The notes: generated from the letters alone by a model not told the origin. A DNA stretch of 39,532 bases from a virus (IMGVR_UViG_3300037046_000003:1-39532), one strand, 5' to 3'. Counted from the first letter of the stretch, positions 9,346 through 17,904 are shown. Program-made: numbers and translations.

Positions 9346-9377
9346 AAAAAGGCCCCGATGGAAAATCCAAGGGGGCC
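9346..9377 (-). terminator. Intrinsic-terminator-like hairpin
   Basis: GGCCCC-CT-TGGA-TTT-TCCA-TC-GGGGCC followed by TTTTT. Confidence 0.7.
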
Positions 9378-9397
9378 TAGTGCGGGTCGAGCTGAAT

Positions 9398-9418
9398 ATG
9401 CGATAGCTGGGTTTTACT
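9398..9418 (-). promoter_or_regulatory. Putative phage RNAP promoter
   Basis: AGTAAAACCCAGCTATCGCAT, identical to 11974-11994. Confidence 0.8.
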
Positions 9419-9509
9419 TGATGCCCCAGCGGAGCCCTGTGAAATACAGGATGTTGTCCAGGTACTCTTCGAGGCGCAGGCGGATGAACTTACAGGCCGA
9501 ACGGATCAT
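9414..9509 (-). CDS. Small basic peptide (31 aa) overlapping the endolysin 3' end
   Basis: AAGGAG SD then ATG, reading MIRSACKFIRLRLEEYLDNILYFTGLRWGIK*. Confidence 0.55.
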   Translation of the reverse strand: MIRSACKFIRLRLEEYLDNILYFTGLRWGIK

Positions 9510-9945
9510 CAATCGTCTCCTTGACCCATGCGGTTACATCGAAGCACGGGCAATCTTTGCGGACGTTGGGGAAGTCACGATGGCCACGCGGGGTCGCCTT
9601 CGGGAACTTCTTGCGGAGGTTAATCAGGAGCTGCGCCAGGGCGGCGTACTGCTCAAGCGTGAAGTTGTCTTCGGCCTTGCCGTCCTTGGTGATCCCGCCA
9701 ACCAGGCAGATACCAAGCGACTTGTCGTTCCAGCCTTGGACATGGGCACCGATAGCGGTATCGGGTCGGCCCTTCTCCACCTTGCCGTTGCGTCGGATGA
9801 CGTAGTGGTAGCCAACGGTCAGGAAGCCACGCTCTCGGTGCATCCGGGTGATTTCCGTTACGCCGATGTCGGCCTTGGCCTGGGTAGCGGAACAGTGGAT
9901 GGCGAAGTGAATGACTGCCTGTGGGTCCAGCGTAGTGAAGGCCAT
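9490..9945 (-). CDS. N-acetylmuramoyl-L-alanine amidase endolysin (T7 gp3.5-like)
   Basis: IHCSAT, GYHYVIRRNG, GAHVQGWN, GICLVGG and GHRD...KDCPCF motifs. Confidence 0.96.
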   Translation of the reverse strand: MAFTTLDPQAVIHFAIHCSATQAKADIGVTEITRMHRERGFLTVGYHYVIRRNGKVEKGRPDTAIGAHVQGWNDKSLGICLVGGITKDGKAEDNFTLEQYAALAQLLINLRKKFPKATPRGHRDFPNVRKDCPCFDVTAWVKETIDDPFGL

Positions 9946-10163
9946 CAGAACCAGAGGTAGATGCCATGGAGAGCACCAATCAGGAAGAAGACGGCGCCGA
10001 AGACACCCATGAAGAAGTCCAGGAGGGTGTCTGCTTGGAACGTCCAGACGACATTGGTGATCCAGCCGGCGACCAGGAGGATGAAGGCGAAGAGGGCTGC
10101 CACGATGGCCACGCCAGATGCTGGGATGAGTGAGAGGTAGGTGCGGAAGGAGCGGAGGTTCAT
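9945..10163 (-). CDS. Small two-TM membrane protein
   Basis: 72 aa with two hydrophobic stretches, coupled to both endonuclease and endolysin. Confidence 0.7.
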   Translation of the reverse strand: MNLRSFRTYLSLIPASGVAIVAALFAFILLVAGWITNVVWTFQADTLLDFFMGVFGAVFFLIGALHGIYLWF

Positions 10164-10546
10164 TGTTTTGTTTCCGTAAGCCACGCGGGTGGAATCAGCT
10201 TGTCTGCGAACAGGAAGCCATTCTTGTTGCACCAGGCGGCGTAGGTTGTGGGGGAGCCCTTATAGAGCTTGGACTTGGAGTAGGAGAAGATGAAGCGGAT
10301 GTCCAGCTCGGGATGCTGCTGGCGTATCAGCATGTGCTTGGCCCGGTCGGTGGCGTCAAAGATGCCTTTGGACTCGATGATGATTCCGTTAGGCAGCTTG
10401 AAGTCCCAGGTGTATTTATGGGCCTTGGCGGGGGTCATGTAGGAGACCTTGCCGCCTTCGTACTCAGCGGTGATGCCGGCCTCTTGGAGCTGCGTACCAA
10501 TGCGCTCTTCGAGACCGGACCTGTACGAGACAGTGTGCTTAATCAC
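10160..10546 (-). CDS. Endonuclease I / Holliday junction resolvase (T7 gp3-like)
   Basis: YRSGLEE, KYTWDF, IIESKG and HPELDIRFIF motifs. Confidence 0.95.
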   Translation of the reverse strand: MIKHTVSYRSGLEERIGTQLQEAGITAEYEGGKVSYMTPAKAHKYTWDFKLPNGIIIESKGIFDATDRAKHMLIRQQHPELDIRFIFSYSKSKLYKGSPTTYAAWCNKNGFLFADKLIPPAWLTETKQ

Positions 10547-10552
10547 AGACCA

Positions 10553-11260
10553 TTAGAAGTCGGTGTCGTCGTCAGCCGAGGAATCACCATCTTCCTTGTC
10601 GAAGCCAGCTTCTTCAGCGGCGGACTTATCCACCGTGTAGCCATCCTCCTTGCCGAAGCCGAAGGATGAAGCGTTGCCGCCACCGCCAGCCGTGCAGAGT
10701 TGGATGACCTGGACAGCCGACAGGCGCAGGCCGACACCGGCAGTGTTCGTGCCTGGCATGTAGAACGAATTGATGGAACCAGCAACCTTGACCTTGGAGC
10801 CACCCCAGATAGCGGTGGAACTCGGGAAGACATCGCCAGCGGCATCGAACAGGGAAGGCTTGCGGCTCTTGGTAGCGCCGGACTTGTCCTTGTAGGTGGC
10901 CTTCATCTTGAAGTTGAACGCCAAGTCACCAGTCTCGTTGCCATCCTCGTCATAGACGGGCTTGGCCGGCAGGTCGCCCAGCTTGAGTTCTTCCAGGGCC
11001 TTCTTTGCCTTGGCCTTCTTCTCGCCCTTCTCGGTGGCAACCTTCTCAGTCAGCTCGGCGAACGTGGCATCGAACATCTTCTGGGCGGCTGCCTGGAGGC
11101 GGCGGTACAGTGGGGCACCTTCAGCGGCGGACAGGATGATGCCGCACTTGAAGTCACCTTCAGGGTTGAACTTGGTGTCCGGGACGTTCAGGACGGGGAA
11201 CTTGGCGATGCCTTCAGGGGTCATCACTTTGTCGAGCGGGGTACGTTTGGCTTCTGCCAT
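10553..11260 (-). CDS. Single-stranded DNA-binding protein (T7 gp2.5-like)
   Basis: PDTKFN, IWGGS, GVGLRLSAVQVI and an acidic tail ending DF. Confidence 0.93.
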   Translation of the reverse strand: MAEAKRTPLDKVMTPEGIAKFPVLNVPDTKFNPEGDFKCGIILSAAEGAPLYRRLQAAAQKMFDATFAELTEKVATEKGEKKAKAKKALEELKLGDLPAKPVYDEDGNETGDLAFNFKMKATYKDKSGATKSRKPSLFDAAGDVFPSSTAIWGGSKVKVAGSINSFYMPGTNTAGVGLRLSAVQVIQLCTAGGGGNASSFGFGKEDGYTVDKSAAEEAGFDKEDGDSSADDDTDF

Positions 11261-11287
11261 GGGGAATCCTTAAAGTAGAAATGAAGA

Positions 11288-11324
11288 AGCCCCGCCGGCA
11301 TCCTCAAGGGACACTGGCGGGGCT
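11288..11324 (-). terminator. Long hairpin (terminator or RNase III site) upstream of SSB
   Basis: AGCCCCGCCAG...CCGGCGGGGCT followed by TCTTCATTT. Confidence 0.6.
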
Positions 11325-11337
11325 GCGGGGGTGCTGC

Positions 11338-11484
11338 TTAGTTTTGAATGAAGCGGGCCTCCAGGGCGGGAACGTCCATGCCTTCAGCAGCCATGGCGGA
11401 GAACAGGTCGAGGGGAACGTACTCGCCGATGTCCCAGTATTCGTGGGCCTGGCGGATGAGGGAGGCTTCGACTAGGGTGGTCAC
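11338..11484 (-). CDS. Small hypothetical protein (48 aa), absent from the ORF track
   Basis: GTGA overlap, reading VTTLVEASLIRQAHEYWDIGEYVPLDLFSAMAAEGMDVPALEARFIQN*. Confidence 0.65.
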   Translation of the reverse strand: MTTLVEASLIRQAHEYWDIGEYVPLDLFSAMAAEGMDVPALEARFIQN

Positions 11485-11684
11485 TCAATGACCTCCACGC
11501 CGGATGCGTAGAGAGCTACGCACAGTTCATGGCTGGTATCCTCACAGGCAGCTATGGCGAGGCCCTTGTAGTGGTCCTCGTAGGGGATGAAGTGGGATAC
11601 ATCAAGGATGGCCATGAGGTGTTCGGCCTCGTCAGCGTTGAGGGTGATCTTCGTGTTGCCCCTGAGGGTCGTCTTGACTTTCAT
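11481..11684 (-). CDS. Hypothetical protein
   Basis: 67 aa with an AAGGAG SD and ATGA coupling. Confidence 0.7.
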   Translation of the reverse strand: MKVKTTLRGNTKITLNADEAEHLMAILDVSHFIPYEDHYKGLAIAACEDTSHELCVALYASGVEVIE

Positions 11685-11944
11685 TTCAGTTCTCCTTGGA
11701 CGTAAGCACGGAGGGCCTTCACTTCGCGGCGAAAGTACGTGTCGTCATCGGTGGTAATGCGGGATGCCTGGGAGATGAGCTGGGAGATGTCCAGCTTGAG
11801 TTCGTCGGCGAGGACAAAGAAGAGGATCGCGGAGGCCATCACTTGGACACCGGGGCGCTCATGCTGGATGGCAGAGAGGGCACCGTAGGCGGCTTGGACA
11901 GTCATGCGGGGCTCCACGAAGGGGATGTGGGCGGATACGTTCAT
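11681..11944 (-). CDS. Hypothetical protein
   Basis: 87 aa with an AGGA SD, directly downstream of a promoter motif. Confidence 0.75.
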   Translation of the reverse strand: MNVSAHIPFVEPRMTVQAAYGALSAIQHERPGVQVMASAILFFVLADELKLDISQLISQASRITTDDDTYFRREVKALRAYVQGELK

Positions 11945-11973
11945 TTGGTTCCTGGTGAGTGGGCGGTTTGTCT

Positions 11974-11994
11974 ATGCGATAGCTGGGTTTTACT
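11974..11994 (-). promoter_or_regulatory. Putative phage RNAP promoter
   Basis: AGTAAAACCCAGCTATCGCAT(AGA) immediately after the ligase stop. Confidence 0.8.
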
Positions 11995-12893
11995 CAGCAG
12001 CCCATGTCGAACTCATCCCGGAGCCCCAGATAGACCGGGTGGCGGGGCAAGTCCTTGACGCCTACGGGGAAGAACTTGTACTTGATGCGGAGGTCGAGCC
12101 GGTCATCCGGGTGGCGGTGCGCCCACCACCAGGCCCGCTGCTCTGCTGTGAAGCCCGTGCCGATGTGGAAGCGTTGCCCCGTGTGGATGTCCTCCACGTA
12201 GAGCCTCCCCATGGTCCCCGCAGGCACCAGCCCGGCCTTGTGGGAACTCCTCTCGGTCCTCCCCAGCTCGTTCGTCTTGGCCTCATTGGCGTTGTGCATC
12301 AGCTCTTCAACAGCCAAGATGCGGGCCTCGCTGTCCTCGAACCGCTTGACCTTCAGCAGGTAGCCCTCCTTGGCAGTCGAGCGGCCGAACTTGTAGGGGC
12401 TCTTGGGGGCTCTGAGGATGACCCCTTCGTAGCCCTCTTCCAGGAGGTGGTCCTCATACACCGAGAGGTCAGCTAGGCTGAGAATGAGGACTTGGCGGAG
12501 CGGGACCACAAAGGCTGCGGGACCTATGCCTACAACCTTCTCCACGGCCACCTTCCGCCAGTTGAATGGGGTTGTCTCGTCGTGCTTGTCGAACACGAAG
12601 AAGCGGACAGAGGGCTCCCCACTCTTGCGGCGGACAGCTCCCGAGGTGTTCTGGAAGCAGTCCTTGTCAGTCGGGGAACCAACGATCAGCTCACCGTCCA
12701 GGCCCTCCAGCTCGGGGCGCCCGAAGAGCTTCTGAACGTGGTCATTCGGGATCGGCTTGAGGCTCCGTGCGAGAACCACGCCATCCTTCACCAGGGCGCG
12801 GACGCCATCCAGCTTGGGGCTGCCGTAGCAGGGGAACTTCAGGGTGTCAAAGTCGGCATCTGTGGCCAGCATGGGGCGGAAGGGCTTATCCAC
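11994..12893 (-). CDS. ATP-dependent DNA ligase
   Basis: KLDGVRA, LDGEL, FFVFD, GYEGVILR and LLKVK motifs. Confidence 0.95.
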   Translation of the reverse strand: MDKPFRPMLATDADFDTLKFPCYGSPKLDGVRALVKDGVVLARSLKPIPNDHVQKLFGRPELEGLDGELIVGSPTDKDCFQNTSGAVRRKSGEPSVRFFVFDKHDETTPFNWRKVAVEKVVGIGPAAFVVPLRQVLILSLADLSVYEDHLLEEGYEGVILRAPKSPYKFGRSTAKEGYLLKVKRFEDSEARILAVEELMHNANEAKTNELGRTERSSHKAGLVPAGTMGRLYVEDIHTGQRFHIGTGFTAEQRAWWWAHRHPDDRLDLRIKYKFFPVGVKDLPRHPVYLGLRDEFDMGC

Positions 12894-13101
12894 GGCAGGC
12901 TCCCATGAAGCGGGTCCAGGCAGCCAGCTCTTCCAGGAACTTCTGGAGGGCAGTGGTCACGGCCTTGCCCATCGGGACATCCGGGTGGAACTGGGTGGTG
13001 TGGCTGAATCCGCCGGCCTTGCCCTGAACTGTGATGTGCAGCCAGGGTGAGCCTTCCGGGGAACTGAAGGTGATATTGAGGTGGTCCATGAGATGCTCCA
13101 T
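12886..13101 (-). CDS. Hypothetical protein
   Basis: 71-aa ORF filling the RNAP-ligase gap. Confidence 0.6.
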   Translation of the reverse strand: MEHLMDHLNITFSSPEGSPWLHITVQGKAGGFSHTTQFHPDVPMGKAVTTALQKFLEELAAWTRFMGACRG

Positions 13102-13122
13102 ACAATGCAGAAGTAGATAGGA

Positions 13123-15567
13123 TCAGGCGAAGAAGTAGTCTGATTCCATGACGGCTTCGAGGTCCAGGGTGCCCATCGGTGGGAGGGGCGGGAGGGTGGC
13201 AGCAAGTTCGTCTGGCAGTTGCTCGGCCAGTTGATCCCGGAAGTCTTTCAGGATGTCTCCCCGGTATTGATCCATGAAGGCCCGGCGGAGGTGGTAGGAC
13301 AGCTCTTCGGCTTCCGCTGCATGAGCCCCATAGGAGTCATGAATCATGCAGAAGTCTTTGAGCCCAGCGTCCAGACAGTAATTAACGGTACGCATCATGT
13401 GAGCCGCATCCAGGGAGTGGATGAAGTTCGGAGAGATGCCATTCTTCTGGGCAACCTTGTTGATCTTGTGCCCTGTGATGTTGAGGACCATACGGTATCT
13501 GCGGCCCGCTACATTGAAGTCGAGGTCCTTACCCTCGGCCACCCTATAGGCTTGCTGCACCAAGAGCCCTGAAGGGGTCACCCAGCGCACCGGAAGGCCA
13601 TCAGACGCGGCCACCTTGGCAGCATCCATGAGCCATTGCATGGCGACACGGGCAGCAACCACGACTTGACCAATGGCGGTGTGGTTCTTCTCGGCGATGT
13701 ACGCTGCGTCTTCCATCTCGGTTTCCCGTGTAGGGCCACTGAGGTCGCCATCAAGGCGCATGGAGGAGAACTCCTCGCGGAGCTGGTTGCGCATCCCGTA
13801 CTTGGACACGCCGTAGGGGACCGTCATGGTGTTGCGCTTGGTCCATTTACGGGTCAGCTTGCCTACCCAGCGTTCAGCTACCGGGCAATCGCCTGCTGCT
13901 GCGTCCAGGTCGATGGACTTCTGGGCAACCTCAGCCACAGCCCGATAGACATCCGAGGGGGTGTCCGAGGGAACCAGATTGACAGCCTTGCCGCCCACTT
14001 CATCGCGGAGCATTGCGGAGAAGTTCTGGAGGCCATTACAGGTGCCATCCCAGGAGACCGGGAGGTGGGAGAGGAATGAGCTGCCCTGCATGGTGTAGCC
14101 GGCCCACTCAAAGCAGAAGGCCAGGAACATATAGGGGCTGTCAGCCTCGGCCCAGAAGAGGCTTCCGTCCGTTGGGTTGAAGGCACACTCCAGAATCTGG
14201 TCACGATGATCCAGCACCCATTGGACACGATCACCGAAGGGGACCTTATCGACACCGAAGCAGTTGGCGCCATGGACAGCTAGCCAGGTTGCCCCGTGTT
14301 CGCCCAGCGGTTTGCCGGCAGCGAAGGTGAGGAGGGCCTTGGCAAGGTCATCGCCCTGGGGGTTCAGCATGGAGGACACCGGGTAGGCCCGGCCACGCCA
14401 GTCGAGGGCATGGGGGAAGTGGAACTGCTCGTATTCGCCCATGACTTCAGCGATGTGCAGCTTGGTTTCCACCCCGAGGCGCTTGCTAACGAGGCGGATG
14501 TTCTCCTCGTAGGTCTGGGCAGCAGCCTTCTTCCATGCCTTGTGCTTCTCGGGCTCCGTCTCTGGGTCATGGAACTTCGGCGGCAGGGGCAGGGGCTCAC
14601 GGGTAGGCAGGCCACCAACACGGCCACCGCCATCCCATATCTCACGGGCAACTCGCAGGACGCCTGTATTGACAGACCATGCGGTGTCCTGGAGGGCATT
14701 GATGGAGCGATAGACATCCGGCATGTCCCAGTGGCGCAGCTCTTCAAGGTAGTTCTTGTTGGCTGTCTTGATGAGTGGGAAGCGCAGCTCCTTGGTGAGG
14801 TAGCCGCCACCATAGGGGCCTGTCCAGGGGATCGGAGGGGACACCATGGGCATGAAGGTGGGCTGCATCAGGGAGCAGCGGGCGTGTGCCAGCTCCAGCC
14901 ATTCCATGGTCTTGGCGGATGCGGTGATGTAGTTGGGGGTGTCGTTGTGCCCACGGGTCATCTTCAAAACCTCGATAAGCCCCGTGGATTCGACCATCAG
15001 GTGGATTAAGGTTGTGCCCATACGGGCCTTTTCGGTGACTCCCCACTTGATGGTAGCGACGCCTGCATATTCCTGCTGGCGCTTCATGACGATATGGCGG
15101 TAGCCCTCGTCGTTGCTGTGCTGAATCTTCCGGCAGAGCTGCTTATAGAGCAGTGGGGCTTCTGCCTCCAAGGCGTCATGGTTCAGGCAGTCTTCAAGGG
15201 CATTGGCCACCTGAATGGCAGCCGTGGATAGGAGAATCTTGTCGGTGATGGAGTGGATGACACGGCGGGCCACGATGAAGGCGGCACGCTCGGGGGAGAA
15301 CTGGGCCAGGAACTTGGCGATGGAGGTGGAGCGGCCAGCCTTGCCGTCTAGGGCCTCTTCGATCATGGTACGGATGCACTCAGCGAGGGGCAGGACGGCA
15401 GCCTTGATGAGGCGCTGGCCGGGTTGCAGGGTGTCTTCCCCGGCACTCAGGGAGGCCAGATACTTCTCAACACCGAGGGCCAGGCATTCACCCTCAAGGG
15501 CAACCTGCTGGAGCTTCAGGAATTCTTGCTTAGTAGGGACGGGTTGATAGTTGTCCATTTGATGCAC
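13123..15567 (-). CDS. Single-subunit DNA-directed RNA polymerase (T7 gp1-like)
   Basis: LDWRGRAYP, DGTCNGLQ, RKWTKRNTMTVPYG, PNFIHSLDA, IHDSY and C-terminal YFFA. Confidence 0.98.
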   Translation of the reverse strand: MHQMDNYQPVPTKQEFLKLQQVALEGECLALGVEKYLASLSAGEDTLQPGQRLIKAAVLPLAECIRTMIEEALDGKAGRSTSIAKFLAQFSPERAAFIVARRVIHSITDKILLSTAAIQVANALEDCLNHDALEAEAPLLYKQLCRKIQHSNDEGYRHIVMKRQQEYAGVATIKWGVTEKARMGTTLIHLMVESTGLIEVLKMTRGHNDTPNYITASAKTMEWLELAHARCSLMQPTFMPMVSPPIPWTGPYGGGYLTKELRFPLIKTANKNYLEELRHWDMPDVYRSINALQDTAWSVNTGVLRVAREIWDGGGRVGGLPTREPLPLPPKFHDPETEPEKHKAWKKAAAQTYEENIRLVSKRLGVETKLHIAEVMGEYEQFHFPHALDWRGRAYPVSSMLNPQGDDLAKALLTFAAGKPLGEHGATWLAVHGANCFGVDKVPFGDRVQWVLDHRDQILECAFNPTDGSLFWAEADSPYMFLAFCFEWAGYTMQGSSFLSHLPVSWDGTCNGLQNFSAMLRDEVGGKAVNLVPSDTPSDVYRAVAEVAQKSIDLDAAAGDCPVAERWVGKLTRKWTKRNTMTVPYGVSKYGMRNQLREEFSSMRLDGDLSGPTRETEMEDAAYIAEKNHTAIGQVVVAARVAMQWLMDAAKVAASDGLPVRWVTPSGLLVQQAYRVAEGKDLDFNVAGRRYRMVLNITGHKINKVAQKNGISPNFIHSLDAAHMMRTVNYCLDAGLKDFCMIHDSYGAHAAEAEELSYHLRRAFMDQYRGDILKDFRDQLAEQLPDELAATLPPLPPMGTLDLEAVMESDYFFA

Positions 15568-15585
15568 CTCTGGATAGATACGGGC

Positions 15586-15628
15586 AAAAGAGACCCCTCG
15601 GGAGCCCCGTTAGGAGCCCTCGAAGGGT
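15586..15628 (-). terminator. Terminator-like hairpin between the promoter motif and the RNAP start
   Basis: ACCCTTCG-AG-GGCTCC-TAAC-GGGGCT-CC-CGAGGGGT then CTCTTTT. Confidence 0.6.
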
Positions 15629-15632
15629 GGGA

Positions 15633-15654
15633 ATGCGATAGCTGGGTTTTTACT
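15633..15654 (-). promoter_or_regulatory. Putative phage RNAP promoter upstream of the RNAP gene
   Basis: AGTAAAAACCCAGCTATCGCAT (one extra A), overlapping the bro stop. Confidence 0.75.
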
Positions 15655-16357
15655 TGATGAGCTTCATTTTCTTAGCTGCGGCAGTCAGGAGAGAGACTGG
15701 GTACATGGCCTGCCCATCGAACTCCTTGGTACGGGTGATGCGGCCAGCGGCATCGTTCATGCCACGTACAGTCTTCCCGAGGGTGGTCTTCTGGCCGTGG
15801 GTGAGTACCAAGCGGAGGGACTTATTGAAGTCGAAGACACTGGCGTACTCCAAGGCATCGGCCACCTGTGCCTTCACCTCCTTCAGCTCCACTGCCTGCT
15901 GGGCCTGCACCTTGGCTTGCTCCTGCATGGCTGTGTAGATGGCCTGCATGGCTCCCATCTGGGCACCAATCAGGTCCATGTTAGACATCGTAGGGTTCTC
16001 CACAAGGGACGGCTGTCCGGTCACGAAGGAGCCAGTCTTGCGGATGGAGGGGAGGACTTCCTTGGTTACCCAGTCTTGGAAGGGGCGGGCCTGCGGTGTC
16101 TGGGAGCGCATCGCCAACTTGTAAAGCCCGGACTCGGACACCAGCATCACCTCGCGGCCTGCACCAAGCCCCAACTCCACGGGGTGGCCCTTGAGTGACT
16201 CAGAGTCATCCAAGCAGTTGTATCGGCGGGAGTGGCCCTCAGCAGTACCGAAGAGCACGCGAAAGATGTCCGCGCCGACGAACCACGGGTTGCCCTCAAT
16301 GGTGACTACGCGGATGGTGGAGGTATTGAAATTGAAGGACGTAACTTGGGTGTTCAT
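15650..16357 (-). CDS. BRO-N domain protein (prophage antirepressor-like)
   Basis: IRVVTIEGNPWFVGADI, VSESGLYKLAMRS and FQDWVTKEVLPSIRKTG motifs. Confidence 0.9.
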   Translation of the reverse strand: MNTQVTSFNFNTSTIRVVTIEGNPWFVGADIFRVLFGTAEGHSRRYNCLDDSESLKGHPVELGLGAGREVMLVSESGLYKLAMRSQTPQARPFQDWVTKEVLPSIRKTGSFVTGQPSLVENPTMSNMDLIGAQMGAMQAIYTAMQEQAKVQAQQAVELKEVKAQVADALEYASVFDFNKSLRLVLTHGQKTTLGKTVRGMNDAAGRITRTKEFDGQAMYPVSLLTAAAKKMKLIK

Positions 16358-16406
16358 GGTCTATCTCCGATTCGTGGAAGCAATGCAGAAGTGTATGATA
16401 CAGGGG

Positions 16407-16442
16407 AAATGAAAGACACCCACAGATTATCTATGGGTGTCT
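16407..16442 (-). terminator. Terminator-like hairpin downstream of attP and upstream of bro
   Basis: AGACACCCATAGA-TAA-TCTGTGGGTGTCT followed by TTCATTT. Confidence 0.7.
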
Positions 16443-16444
16443 GA

Positions 16445-16522
16445 AGGAGTCTCTTTAGGAGTCTCTTATTACTACTCTTTACTAAGTAATCCTTAGAGTG
16501 TCTTTACTAAGGAATCTTTAGG
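16445..16522. repeat. AT-rich short-repeat tract (candidate replication origin)
   Basis: AGGAGTCTCTT x2 and TCTTTACTAAG x2, directly downstream of a promoter motif. Confidence 0.55.
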
Positions 16523-16527
16523 GGCCT

Positions 16528-16548
16528 ATGGGATAGCTGGGTTTTACT
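16528..16548 (-). promoter_or_regulatory. Putative phage RNAP promoter
   Basis: AGTAAAACCCAGCTATCCCAT(AGG), abutting the integrase stop. Confidence 0.78.
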
Positions 16549-17904
16549 CTATTTTTGGGCACATCCTTGGGCACACGGTACTTCTAGGTTAGTATCCACT
16601 TCGTCTGTGGTCTTTGTGTGCTCTGGCTCCCCGACCTGGGCTCGAACCAGGGACCTACGGATTAACAGTCCCATATCTACAGGGTTGTCTATAGGGGACA
16701 CACGCCGGGGACCCAGTATTGACGGCCTTCTCGACTTCCCTGCAAGGTCTGTGCCATGGGTGCTGTCAGAGGCCACTTTGGGCACAAGTTTGGGCACACC
16801 GAAGACACGCTGCGGATGACCTTCTGCCTGCCTGCTGGTTGCCTCTGAGTGGCGAGTGTCAAGGGTCCGTGCGAGGCCCTTCAGGTCGCTGCCAAACAGG
16901 GTGACGTACTTCATGGTTGTCGTGATGTTCGCGTGACCCATCCACTTCTGGATTCGGAAAGCATCCTCCCCGGCTGCCGCTAGGCGTGAAGCACAGGTGT
17001 GGCGGAGGGCGTGAAGGACGAACTCTGGGTCCTTCTTTGTGTCGATGCCGAGGGACACCCTCATAGCGGCCCAGCGATCCTCTGCATAGTCCTTGGAGAG
17101 CATCCCGAAGGGGGTAGGCAGGGCGCTGCGCTTGCGGAGCAGGGCGGCCACTCTACGTGTCATTGGCACTTGTCGCGGGAGGTCGGCCTTCGTCTCCCAT
17201 GCGGCGACCATCTCATTTTCCCAGTCGATGTCTCTGGGCTCCATGCGGATGGCCTCCGAGAGACGGAACCCGGTATCCACAAGGAACACCGACAGGGCTG
17301 CCATATCGGCATCGCGGGGAACCGTCCTGTCAGTGTGGGCGAACCACTCGATGGCAGCCTTCTCCTCGGCGTAGGACAGGATGCGGATGCGGCCATTGCG
17401 AATCTTCTGGCGGGGCATCTTGAAGGGCTTCACTGCACCGCTGGTCCATGCCTCCGCAAGGGTAAGCAGGACGCTGACAAGGGACAGGCGCTGGTTGATC
17501 GTGCTGGCACTCAGCTCCTCGTTGTCCCTCAGCTTCTCCACGTAGGAGAGCATCACACCCCGGTCGAGACTGGACAGGTCCGTATGGTCCTCGAAGTGGC
17601 GGACCACATGGGCGTAGTTGTCGGTGATGGTCTTCTGGGCAGTGCTGGCACGCCAAGGCTCATACTCGCGCATGGCCCTCTTGAAGGCGTCCTTGAAGGC
17701 CATCCCACGGGCAGCCCCTAGACGCACGCTGGAGGCCGTTACAGGGCCTCTGCTGGGCATGCGGAGGGCTTCCTCCATGGCTACCTGCTTGGCCATCTCA
17801 AGGCGCCCAGCTTCGGCCCTGTCAGTAGTGCCGAGGGAGACGCGGACACGCTCCCCGTTGGACAGCCTGAAGTCGGACTGCCAAACACCCTTACGTTGCT
17901 TCAT
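16549..17904 (-). CDS. int: Tyrosine integrase
   Basis: N-terminal arm-binding-like segment, DTGFRLSE (R), ETK (K), HALRHT (HxxR), MGH and TTMKY (Y). The tail of about 90 aa reads through attP. Confidence 0.95.
   Translation of the reverse strand: MKQRKGVWQSDFRLSNGERVRVSLGTTDRAEAGRLEMAKQVAMEEALRMPSRGPVTASSVRLGAARGMAFKDAFKRAMREYEPWRASTAQKTITDNYAHVVRHFEDHTDLSSLDRGVMLSYVEKLRDNEELSASTINQRLSLVSVLLTLAEAWTSGAVKPFKMPRQKIRNGRIRILSYAEEKAAIEWFAHTDRTVPRDADMAALSVFLVDTGFRLSEAIRMEPRDIDWENEMVAAWETKADLPRQVPMTRRVAALLRKRSALPTPFGMLSKDYAEDRWAAMRVSLGIDTKKDPEFVLHALRHTCASRLAAAGEDAFRIQKWMGHANITTTMKYVTLFGSDLKGLARTLDTRHSEATSRQAEGHPQRVFGVPKLVPKVASDSTHGTDLAGKSRRPSILGPRRVSPIDNPVDMGLLIRRSLVRAQVGEPEHTKTTDEVDTNLEVPCAQGCAQK
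16555..16575. repeat. Integrase arm-type site pair
   Basis: TTGGGCACA at 16555 and 16567 (12-bp period). Confidence 0.75.
16624..16671 (-). mobile_element. attP core = 3' half of tRNA-Asn(GTT) including CCA
   Basis: Minus strand GGACTGTTAATCCGTAGGTCCCTGGTTCGAGCCCAGGTCGGGGAGCCA has the anticodon loop CTGTTAA, T-arm GGTTCGAGCCC and CCA. The 5' half is absent. Confidence 0.92.
16778..16798. repeat. Integrase arm-type site pair
   Basis: TTGGGCACA at 16778 and 16790 (12-bp period). Confidence 0.75.

Noticed and set aside
16624-16700. Functional tRNA-Asn gene
   Set aside because: Only the anticodon arm to CCA is present. The D-arm and 5' acceptor strand are missing, so it is treated as the attP core.
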